NCBI GenBank assembly: GCA_965202585.1
Contig: OZ241827.1
Coordinates: forward strand, 18,972,001 to 19,036,000
Source of the DNA: Thalia democratica
Lineage: Eukaryota
Length of the DNA: 64,000 nucleotides
Reading direction: 5' to 3'
Under the pieces are notes generated by a model. That model was not told where the DNA came from, did no database searches, and saw only the letters and a program-made list of their open reading frames with translations. Positions 1 to 11,497 of this stretch are shown one piece after another; position 1 is the first letter of the stretch; every line of letters starts with the position of its first letter. Both the position numbers and the translations under genes were made by a program.

Positions 1-3000
1 AGTTTGTAATCACTTGAAATATCTGAAATTACTAGAATAGCTTTTCTGACTTTTTTTTTTTTGATAATGTTTTTACTTTATATACTCAATTTTAATAGTA
101 CTATTCAAATACATACTAAAGATAGGAAAAATTGTAAAACTTTTTAATCTGGTACTTTTTTAGAAAATTTAATAATTGTTGAACGTGATGTATTTAAATG
201 ATACAAATTTGAATCAGTTAATAAAAGAGTTTTCTGGTCCTCAAAACTTTTTGCGCAAGCTTTGTAATAAAGAAAGAGAAAAGTGTTATAAAGAAATTGA
301 GAATTTAGAGAAAAATTTTGAGGAAACTAAAGAAAACATAATAAAGAATGTGAAGAACATTTTTCAGTACAGCACTTCAAACTTCAAAACTCCCTCTCCA
401 AACTTCAAGTACAAACTCGAACTGATGAATAATGATGATCCAGATTTTATGATTTTAAAAAGCTCGCTTGATAAAGGTTCTGAAGTACCTACCTATTCAG
501 AGACTACGACAAGTAAAAAACTAAATGCACTTAAACAGAAAAAACTTGTTTACAAAATTTAAAGGGTAAAAGCTAATGATAAAGATATAATTGAGAAGAA
601 AAATTCTGAATCTTCTAGTGTACTTTTACTTCATGGAACAAAAGGGCCATGTGTAGAAGGTATATTGAAAGAAGGATTCGGACCATCTCAATCTGGAAGT
701 TATGGCCCAGGAGTATATCTAACTAACAGTGTTTTTTATGCTTACAACCTTGGTAATAGTTTTGTAAACGATGAGGAAACTCCTAAAAACTTGAGTTACT
801 TGTTTGTAAATAAAGTTAAAATGACTAATACAAATGTAGTACCAGCAAAATTAAGTAAAGACAAGCAGGGTACCAATATAAATAAAAGTAAGTCTTCATT
901 TGCATCTCTTAAAATTACTGTCTTTATTCAAAAAGGAAAGAAAAGGACTAGTAATAGTAGTTCAACAAGTCAACAATCAGAAAAAAGTTTAGAAGACTAT
1001 GTCAATAATAAACCATTCCTAAAGCTTTTTAAAGGGTTTAATAAAATATTATCAAGTTTCGAAGACTCCCCTCAGGACACGCTTGATAGTCAAAAGAACA
1101 AAATTATGGAAGGTGCATTTCACTGTGATATATTAAAATTAAAAGTAGCTGTAGCCCATCATGATTTAGTTACTCCTGCATATCTGATAGAAGTTGAAGT
1201 TAAACAAAATATACTATGTATGAAATCTTTAGTGCAAATGTTTGGTAAACAAGCTAATACAAAAATAAAACCTCATAGTTTGTCTAAAGTTTCAATAGGA
1301 GAAACTTGTTTGAAAACAACAAGCGACTATACTGCAGAACAGTTTTATTCAGAGTTAGAAGCGGAAATAAATTTAAACCAACGAAAAAAAGTAAACTTTA
1401 TAAAATCTCAATTTGATCATAAAATTGTTTCACTAACTCAACAGTTATCTTTTGAAGTAAGCAGTCTTTTGAAATTAAAATGTGATAGTTCTATGATGTA
1501 TAAGACTGAACTTTTGAAATCTACAGATGACGATTATCATTTTATCTTACGTTCGATAAATGATAAAAAATCTCAAGTTAACTATGAAGCTCTACTTATC
1601 TTTAGAATTAATTATGTTGATCAAAATCAACTTAAAAAAATTCAAAATTTTGACCTCAATATTCACGGAGTTAAATCTGACAAAGTTTTAAATGTACTTA
1701 AGTCTGGTTATCCAAAAGATTGGAAATCTTATCATGAACAGTGCATAAAAAATTGTTTCGCTGAGGACAATTTACTCACAAAAAACTGCTCTTGTAGAAC
1801 GTCTAAAATGTTAACAAAAGAAATTTCAAAAGGCACTTGTTATTCTAAAGTAGACGGTGAACCAAAAAAATTGTCTTTTGTTTTTGTTGTAGGCTACGAA
1901 AAAGAAAATATAAAAAGTGGTTTCAATGTTAAAAAAAAATTTTTATCAGAAGGCAGAAACCGGGATAGACCTAAAAATATTGTTTTAGACAGCAGAGGTT
2001 GTTCAATTTCTTCTGGTTCTTTTATACGTCCGAAAAACAAGATCCAATCACTTACAGTAGGGATGGTACCTGCATATTTGATTATATTTAAAGCTTAATA
2101 TAAAAATATAGGCAAAATAGTTCTGAATTTGAACAATCTTTATTTGGTTATCAAATGTCTAACAGAATAGCATTTTCTTGAAATATTTAATTTTTTAAGT
2201 ATTGTAAGTACATTAAATAGGTGAAGAATTTTTTTAACGAAAAAATGTTAGAATATTTATATTTTTTACTCTTATATAAAGAATAATGTATTATTTGTTT
2301 AACAAGTCTAGGTTCTCTTTTAAAACTTAATTTTTTTTATGATTCATTTGGTTTGAAGATTGTAAATTTATAATTGACAGTTTCGTTTTTTTATTCCTAA
2401 ATTTTGCTGAATATATTTTCTGTAACTAACTTTGTATAGCTTTCTTTTCATATAATAAAATGAAATTACTTTCTAATATTATCTTAAAGTTCGTGATATC
2501 TTTTTCTCGATGTTTCTTAGTTTCTGAATTTCGTCAAATAAATTAGTTTTCATGCAATACAATAAACTTTTTATAAAAACATTATTCAAAGTGTTGTTTT
2601 ATATAAGTGTTGTAAAATTTAATGTTGTTCTTACAAACAAAGCAACCTTTTTAGCTAATATGTAACAAGTAATAAAATATATTAAAATATTAGTTTTTGA
2701 AAAAAAATGTTTAGTTTTATCTCAATATACATTAATATTTCTGACAGGTAAAACATTGAGTATGGTTTTTAAGGCTGACATATTTTTAAATTCTAACTAG
2801 CCTATTTTTCAATTTCTAGGTTTTTTAACAAATGTAGTTATACTTATTCTTGTTTATATCTTTAGTATATCTTACTAGTATATATAGTTTAATACTCTAC
2901 TAAAACATATTTTAAAATAGATAAAAGATTAGTGATTACTAAATAACAATGTTTTATGATTTTAAGTATTAAAAGATATAAAAACAGGAAGACATTTGTC

Positions 3001-4085
3001 ATGAACATAAAACAAAGTTCTATAAATAATACAAAACGACTCGAAAACAAAATACTTAAAAATATTTATATTTTAAAAGCAGCAGTTGGCAACCTTTAAA
3101 ATTTTTAATTTAAAATAATTAAAACAAATGTATTTCGAGTAGTTTTTTCCTTAAAATTTAAGTTTGGTACAGATCAGTTTAAAAATTAAATTTACAATGT
3201 TAGTTATCAAAAGTTTTAGTTAGCGATTCCTTAGTTGGATCGTTTGTTTTTAACTTATTTATGTCAGCAACAGAACTACAAATCGCTTAAACCAGTAGGT
3301 CACTATTTTCAAATATTTTTTGTAAAACTTATCAAAACATCACAATTGAAATAATGTTTTACAACTATACTAAATCAAAAGATTTAAGTTTTTGTACTAA
3401 AAAGAACTTATTTTTACAATTGGCAATGTTGTATTACATACTTTATTATTACTATAAAACTAAATAAAATTTATTACATATATTGTATTTCATTAATTTA
3501 AATTGTCTTTATAAGAATGCAATAAATATATTCAAAACAGACATTTAAACTACTTTTAAGTTACGAATTTTTAACTGATCATTTACCATTGAGTGATTTA
3601 ATATGTAATTAGTCAGAATTGAAACGAAAAGTTAATGGTCATTTTACATATGAAAAAAAAAAAAACAGAAGAAGAACTTACGAAATCAAAGTAGCTCACC
3701 AAACATTTAAACTAGGTTATTTTCTGTTTATTGTTTTTTAGATTGTCGTTTTTATTTCTAACAGAAACAGGATAACTCTTAGCACTTAATTTATATAGTT
3801 ATTTTAAGGCTGACAAAAATAGCTTTTAAGTACATAATCGACCCGATATACAACCTTTAAAATCAGTACTAGTTTACAAAAACCTTTTAAAAACTTTAAC
3901 TACAAGTTTGTTTAGGTATACCTGAAACATAACTTACACTTTAATATTAAAAGTTTTAAACATTCTAAAAAACAGAAGAAATTTTTAGACTATAGTAGAA
4001 GTGCATGGGTAAAGATTTTGTTTTTTAAACTCTTGTTTGTCTTGTATTTAAAGTTTTTCTATAAAATCTTTGTAGCTTGTACATA
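1..4085 (+). repeat. Segmental duplication copy A (ART gene plus flanks), paralogous to ~53825-57845
   Basis: Shared non-coding anchors: agtttgtaatcactt (1/53825), gcagttggcaacctttaaa (~3080/~56870), gaactacaaatcgcttaaacca (~3272/~57059), tagaagtgcatggg (~3996/~57759) and tttgtagcttgta (~4070/~57832). Confidence 0.9.
188..2098 (+). pseudogene. Tandem PARP/ART-like domain protein, paralog A, interrupted by one in-frame TAA at 560-562
   Basis: ORFs 176-562 and 665-2098 are in the same frame and colinear with 54011-55930. ATG 188 matches ATG 54011, and TAA 560-562 corresponds to TAC (Tyr) in paralog B. Motifs LHGTKG, GFGPSQSGSYGPGVYLT and VTPAYLI are present. Confidence 0.85.
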
Positions 4086-6008
4086 TAACTATTGTTTAAT
4101 TATTAATTTTGTAAAAAAATATCTATATATTCAATAATAAGGCGAAATTCTAAAAACAAATACGATTATAGAATAAAAACTCTAAAAAACAACAAACTTG
4201 CTTCAAGTGGCACAACTTCTGTTGTTAAATCTAAAACTATCTCTTAAACTGACTTATAGCTTTCTATGCGCATATTAATTAGGTACTCACTATTTTCAAC
4301 AAAAATTCCAAAACTATTAATTTTCTTATTATTAGTATCTGGTTAACTGTGAAAGGTTAAATATTATAAACAAGAATGATATATTGAATCAAAACTCTAA
4401 TATAGAACAAATACTTTCATTAATTTTATCAAACTGATACGACATACAAACAACGTGTTGACAATAGTAAATCACTTAAAATTTTTTTTTTTTAATAGTT
4501 TCAATCACTTTATTTTTGAATTTTTCTTCGTTCAAATGTTACTAAAAAACTATAATAACCTTTCAAGTCGTAATGCGCTTTTTCTACTTGTTTGTGTATA
4601 TTTATATATCATCTAACACAACTATACTTTATTGTCAAACAACATATGAAGGTTTGCTTTTTTCATATCAATTATATAGTAATTAAGTGCAATTCCAACA
4701 AAGTTAATAAACATTTAGAATGACAATTGTTACTAACTGAGGTTTATTCATGAACTAAAAAGCGCAGTACAAAATATACAAAGTAAGAAGACACTTATTA
4801 ACTAAATAGTAGCAATACAAAAACAAACTAATTTAAAACATATCCTTTTAAGATAAACTAGAAAAAAATCTTTTTTAATCTATTTGTGTTTTTTTTTTTC
4901 ATTTTAATAGCAACCTTTGAACCAAAGCTGTTTGGAAAATAAATAAAAATGACACCTGGCCGTTGAATAAGTTTTCTTAATTTTTTTTACAACTCTAATC
5001 AGTCAATTCATGATTTATCCAATTTCAATATATCCAACCGCCTAGAAATATTTTTCTACAACCGCCAACATTACTGTTCTAATAAACATTTATTTCTTTT
5101 TTTTGTTTTATTGCAAAACTTTTAGTTTAAATTTTAAAGGTTTTAAGAACTACTAAAAAGCTTTCACAGAAGTGATTTATGTTGGCTAGTGTTTTCTAAA
5201 CAATTAATAGTTTATGTTTATATTTTTATTTATTCTGACACAAAATATACTTTCTTTTGACATCATTGACTACTTATTTTAATACTGATCGTAATGGACT
5301 CGTAAATTCTAATTAAGGCTTTAATTTTTCAGATTAGTTGCCTAGTCATGAATGTTTTCTAAACTGTTAATCAGTTGAGATTTAGCCACAGATGATTCAC
5401 TTTAACAGATTTCCTCATTCATTTTAAAAAGTTTAAAGTCTTTAAAAAAAAATCAGAGTTCTTCTATATGTTAACAAATAAATTAAAAAACCCCTTTTGT
5501 ATTTAGTGATATCATTGTAAAAGTTGTAATAAATTACAAACTTTCAAATAACATAACAGTATGTCATTATTGTTTTCATCAGGCTGGCTTTTTTCTATAA
5601 ATTTATCTTTTTGTAAATCTTTTAGTTAAAATAACTATTAAACAACCAGTTTAAAGTGTAAAAAAAATTGGTTTATTGGTAAAAAATCTGTTTCAGTTTT
5701 TGTTAATCATTTAATTATCAATCAGTTTAAACTAATGTATTTAATTTGGTCAAAATATTCCAATTTTTCAAGTATCGTTGTTAACGAAAGTCTTAAAAAT
5801 CAGCATATACTTTTGATTTATTTTTTTAAATAGATTTTTTATTTTCTCAACAACTATAACAATAAAACTAGTTTTAGTTTGTTTCAAACCTTATAACACT
5901 CATCCAATTCATCTATTTTGCAACGTGTTTTAAATTTTATTCAATCTTATATTAGTTCTAAAGGCAATTTATATTAAGTAAATCAGCTAAACTTAACGAC
6001 ATATTTTG

Positions 6009-6165
6009 TCTGATATATTTATAACAGGCAAAATAACTGTGTTCCAGAAAGATGAAACTGAAGTTATTTCTTACGACGTTGATGCAGACGAAATGAAGAA
6101 AGAAGAACTTAAAATTGAAAATAGTTTTGCATCCTGATGCTGTATTTAAATTCCCAAGTGCAAGC
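6009..6165 (+). pseudogene. Probable C-terminal blade of a Kelch-repeat protein (relic)
   Basis: Translation SDIFITGKITVFQKDETEVISYDVDADEMKKEELKIENSFAS*CCI*IPK resembles the terminal G-K-I-x-V-F...YDVDxDE...C-x-K-I-P pattern I recall from invertebrate BTB-Kelch proteins. It has two stops. By-eye match only. Confidence 0.35.
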
Positions 6166-7899
6166 AAAAATACCATAGAAATATTTCTAACTCTTATTAT
6201 GAGCACTTTTTTACCTTTTAATGTTTGGGTTTGCTTATGTATAAGTAGAACTTTTGGTTTAGCCTTAAAAAGTAAATATCATAAGTATTTAAAAATTAAG
6301 TTCTGAATCTTAAATTTAAGTTATATCAAAACACTTTGGTAAATTTTCTTAAATGTTTGCTCTTTTAAAATTAACTGTTCGACTCAGTAAACACAAAATG
6401 TTTTTTTTATGAAGTGATTGCTGGTATCAAAAAAATAAAATACATAAATATGTGCTGCAAGTTTTTTTTAAAGTAATTAAAGATAATGAACTACTAAAGA
6501 ATTTTTAAATAGTGAACTTACAACTTACAGCCAGAAATATTCAATACGATTAAGACAAAAATTTATTTAAAAGGGAAAACAAGTAAAACTGTAAAGCTTT
6601 GTGCTTTTAAATACAAAATTTTGTATAAAAACATATTTTGCGATATAGCTACAAATACAAATACTGTAGTAGTTTTTTTTTTAAGCGGTAAATAAGTTAT
6701 TTTATTTAGTAGTTTTGCATACTGAAATTTAAAGTGTTTAAAACTACCTCAGTAAGTTATAAAACATTATTTCAAGAAACTTTGATAACACAAATAGCAA
6801 ACCAAATTAATTTTTCAGTGAATTTCAAAATTTCTTCATTTAACGTTAACTGTCTTCATAACCGTTTTTCTACAGTTTTATTTTCGCATGTTAGTTTATA
6901 ACAAGTTAAATGATGTCTTATAACTTAAAATAACTAAACTTTAAAAAGAAGTATGAAAACTTTAAAAGCTTTATAAAAAATTAATTGATATAGTTTTTTT
7001 TTTTTACTAGGTAAACTTAAAATGATTTTAAATGTATCTGACCTATGTTCAATTTAAAGTAAATTTGTTAACGTACGGTCGTTATAAAATAACATAAGTC
7101 TAAATCTTAAAACATTAACATCAGGTGTTTAATATAGAAATACTATGTTTTAGTTACATTTAATCTGAAAATATTTTACATGTTTAATTGTGCTTTCATA
7201 GTTTTGTACCTTTATATCACAAACAAGTTATTTATGTACCTAGTTGCAGTATTTTTTTTCTACAAAATTTTTTTTTATGAAACTCTAACTATAAAAACTT
7301 ACTATAAAATAGTACATTATTTACTAAAACAAGTCTGCTAGTTGCATTAGTTAATAGTTCACAGTCTCAAGATGTTTCAATAATTTGTTAGAAAATACAT
7401 TTTGTTATAAGTACCAAAGTTGGCGCTCAGTTTTTAAATGAATTTTTTTTGGTACATTACATTCATACGTCATAAAAAGAAAGCGCGCTAAATTCTTTAA
7501 GTTTTTTTGACTGAAATCAATTGTTAACTGCATTTATCAAAGATCACATAAATTTACTGTGATAGAATTTTCAACCAAGTAAGACTTTTATTAATTTGGT
7601 CAAGTTTTCCTACTTTAATTTCTTTTTTATTTGTCTAAATGTAATAGTCTTCATTTTAAGGAATGGAAGTAATAATTTAACTTTAGATAAACTCATTAGA
7701 CAGAAGATGTTATTTTTATAACCAATTTTTTAAAACTAGGTTTGTAGATCTAAGTGTTTTCGTCAATTACAGCATGCTTGAAATCACAATTAGCATAAAA
7801 AAGGCATGCGATAATTGGATTACTGTTGGCTATTTTTCTTTAACTTGCTGTAGTTGCCCAACTGTCTTCTAGTGATCTCTCCCTTAAAATATTTTATAC

Positions 7900-9620
7900 T
7901 GGTAATGGTAAACTGTGGTTTAACATGTAGGATTCTTGGTTTCTTCTGTTTGAAAAATAACAGCATATCTTAATGGATTAAATAAAGCTAATAATATTTT
8001 TATACTTCCTTATACTATCTATTAATATCTTTTTAAGATAAATGTGATACGACCATCTGGATCTTATCTTTAATCATCCAAGTCCTAACCGTTTTCTCAT
8101 CTGTTCTGCTTTTTATCCATGTTCTGTGCTTCAATGTTTCAAAACAGGTCTCTACGCTCTGAAATTAAAATTTTTGAATTTAAGATCTTTGAATTTTCAA
8201 AAATAATGAATGTTATGTATACTTGGTTGTTGAAGACATCTTTATCTTCCATCAAGAACAACAGGATGGCCGTCCACAGGGGCAGGATTGCAGCTATGTT
8301 CATTCGAAGTAGAAACATTTGCAAACCAATTCACTTTTTGTGTGCCATGGCTGGTCTTCACCCAATTGATTCTTTCGCACCTTTAATGATATATTTTACT
8401 AAAAAATAAACTTAAAACAGGTAAAATATTTTCTGCACACGTACAAACCATTAAATCTTTTACAATATAACAAGGTTTCTCACCGGACAAGTCTTAACAG
8501 TATAACTTTTCAGTATTAGGACTGTTTTCTGAACCTTCTTGGAGCAGTGGGAATTTTTCAGTTCACAATTTTTTACATGAGAGTGGATCAATTCTCTTAT
8601 CATATTCAAAAATCTATTTTTAATAAAAAATAATTTTATTTGAATTATTTCTAAATAATCTTAGAGAAAAATAATCTTTAAACTTTATGACAAAACATGA
8701 ATAAAAGATAATTATCACTATCGGACAGTTATTACTTTTGTTGTTATCGTCATCAATAGTTTAAAACAAGTTTTTGTAGCAATATTTAAAATTAAGGTTT
8801 AATTTTTTTGACATAACAGCAACTTACATGTTTCTTCTACTACAAATCTCAACTTCCATTATCACCAACATTATGTAAAGTTACTTACATATGAGTTTGT
8901 TCAACTTCTTGTTTGCATAGTTTAAATAAATTGTCTTTTAATTTATATAGTACTTAAACCACTTGCTTTTTTGATTGAAATCTAAATCTTTTTTTTAGGC
9001 CGATATTCCTCCTATTTTTTCAGCTTGAAGGTCTTTTTTAGAAACTTTTAAAAACAAGTTTTAAATTTTCTACCTTATCTGTCAAAAGAGTACACACAAA
9101 ATTTAAAGTAAAGTTTATTTAAGTTAACATCTCACTAGATCTTTTTTCTTGAATTTTTGTAACAGAGCTTTTAAAAATGGAGTTAACTCACTATTTTAGG
9201 AGACTTCTGCTATGAAAACCTCATCAAAAGTTGTTCCTTCTAACTTTATTTTCTTATCAGATTGTTAGAAAAGTCTGCAAGCTTGTGAAACCGTTATATT
9301 TACAAAAAAGATGTGCAAAATTATATCTGATGATTAAAAAGTTCGTAATTGAAGTAGTAATATTTTAGTTTCATTTTGTCTTCACTAAATAAGATTAACT
9401 ACCTTTAATTTCATCTACGTGCAATTTACAAAAAGTCTTGTTAATTACATATAGAATACTTTCTGCATTAATCTACAAAACGATGCCCAAAATAATTCGA
9501 TCTAGTTTATGCTGTTAAAACAAATTATGAATTTAAGTTGTAAGCTGTACATTTCAAACCCAAAAACTTGCTAAACATATCTTTAACAGCAAATCTTTTC
9601 ATATTAGTAAAAAGTCTTTA
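7900..9620 (-). mobile_element. Highly decayed Academ-like DNA transposase
   Basis: Ordered, frameshifted motif remnants on the minus strand: IELFWASFCRLM (~9500), KIGGIS..KW (~9010), TKSEL (~8335), VVLDG (~8255), VETCFE..IKS (~8130), EE..RILHV (~7935). The order matches my recollection of Academ-type transposases. Confidence 0.4.
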
Positions 9621-10709
9621 ATAAATTCTTCAGCAATATGTTTCTGAAAAACATAGTTCATCCGCACTAATTATTTTAGATACAAAAGTGGAAAACCCTA
9701 GTCAAAAAATTTTGTCACTGTATTATCTGTGAAAAGTATGATCAATTTTACTGAAGTATAATTACCATGTTCCCACATTTACAATAAATGGATGTGGTAG
9801 ATCAGCTGTTTTTTTCCGATTTCTTCTCGCCAAGCTCTGTTTTAAGTGGATTAACTGCAATCTCTGATTAAAAATCATTCTTTCAAGATGTTACTACATT
9901 CCACCTTTAAACAATTCTTTTATAATAACACTATTTTATGGAACATAAAAGTTATTAGATATACAATTTTTTAACATATCTTCTAAAGAAATTGTTTGCT
10001 TACTGTTTTTTTATTGGTGCTCTTTTGAAACATTAGTATTAACTGAGCTGCTTTGGGATTTGTTGAAGATAGTTTTGAAGGTTATACACTCTTTCTTAAG
10101 CTGTTTTTTATTTATATATTTACACTTTTCAATTCCTTACTTCAACAATTTATTTTATAATAAAATATTACGCACTACATGATCCTCATTCAAGTACGAC
10201 TTTACGGACTTGGATCTCGGCTTGTCTTATTTATACAGAAGGCAATTCCATTTTAATCAACTGCTGGATTGTCTTCGTCAATGATTTATTCTTCAGGATC
10301 AATACTATCATCAAACACTTGATAATCTCTCATATAGAGAATTACGATATGTTTAATTATGTTAAGAAAAGTATACCTATAACCTATATCTTCTTCGTGC
10401 TGCTTCTATAAAGCTTCCAATTTCTGAAACTTTCCTTCTTTTTGTGAAAACATTTTTAGCTTCCTTTTTTAATCCGGATGACATAATTGGTGAAATTTAA
10501 GATTAAAAAAAGAGCTTCTCCAACTTGGTTGTTTTGGCGAAAATTTCAACAAAACAGAAGTCCACAATGAAATGGTTGGAGCCCACTGTCGGAGGAAATA
10601 CGTGATGAACCAGGGCAAATGATGTTTCTCTTTCTGTAATAACTGATGAGTGTGCTTGATTTTGTCTTTTTTTCAGTATCTGGTTAATATGCACAAGTAA
10701 AATTACTTA

Positions 10710-10930
10710 ATATAAAGATTTGAAAAGTCTAGTTTGGTGTACGAACTTTTTCTGCTTACATAAGCTGGGCCTTTAAGATTGAATGCATCTAGTTGAGAGG
10801 CTTCTAGAATATGAAGCTGAAAAGAGTTCTTCGTTCTTTCTAAAACTGAAAAGCTCTCTTTTTTATATTTTTTCGCACACTCATGATTGTCTAACAAATG
10901 TTGCCCATTCACCGAGAAGTATTTTTCCGT
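10710..10930 (-). mobile_element. Penelope-like element 3' fragment (C-terminal part of GIY-YIG endonuclease domain)
   Basis: SVNGQHLLDNHECAKKYKKESFSVLERTKNSFQLHILEA, then in a shifted frame PSLCKQKKFVHQTRLF. This is the typical PLE C-terminal pattern GQHLLxNxxCA...F.IL....F.L..LEA...P.LC.QK.FV. Confidence 0.75.
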
Positions 10931-11183
10931 AGGTTTATTAAAAAATTTTATCACAATTTACTGTTTAAAAATTTATTGTTTAAGCTTTAAACAAAAACAG
11001 AAAAACAAATATATCTTTATAAAAAATCAATTAACAAAAAACTATACTAATCTTATATATTTAATAAAAAAATCTTAAATGACACGTCGTTATACTCACA
11101 AGGTATTTAACAAATTATAAAATTTATTTCATGCAATATTATTTTGAAAAGTTTAAGAACTTAATTTTAAATCTACTCTAAAG

Positions 11184-11497
11184 TTAATGACTATTTTGTT
11201 TCTGTTTATTGGACACAACTTTCTGAAAACGTGGCATTTTGTTGCTGATGGCAATTCGCATGTCTGCCTGTGCATTCAAGGTTTCTTGATTTAGTTTTTA
11301 TTGAAAAAAGTAAATCCAGACTCGAACCAGTAAGCTGTCGCGAACGGAATGAGAGTACTTAGTGTTTTTTCACCAAGTTTTGGAAACATATTCATTGTAC
11401 AACACCAATATTGTTCAAGAGTTATGCTTTCAAGCTGAATTTTGAGAAAACGGAGAGTGAAAATCTCCTTATTTATTATACAAAAATGAAAAGCCAT
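11184..11497 (-). mobile_element. hAT (Buster/Charlie-type) transposase C-terminal dimerization-domain fragment
   Basis: LEQYWCCTMNMFPKLGEKTLSTLIPFATAYWFESGF, then after a frameshift IKTKSRN-LNAQADMRIAISNKMPRFQKVVSNKQKQNSH*, the characteristic Buster C-terminus. Confidence 0.85.

Noticed and set aside
176-562. Separate 128-aa gene plus a 477-aa gene
   Set aside because: They are one reading frame split by a single stop. The listed TTG starts do not match the paralog's ATG.
560-570. Programmed stop-codon readthrough in ART paralog A
   Set aside because: TAA-AGG is not a recognised leaky context, and the paralog has a plain TAC.
10643-10700. CTGATGAG as a hammerhead core beside the PLE fragment
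   Set aside because: It is antisense to the PLE, and no GAAA follows the possible tgtgc/gcaca stem.
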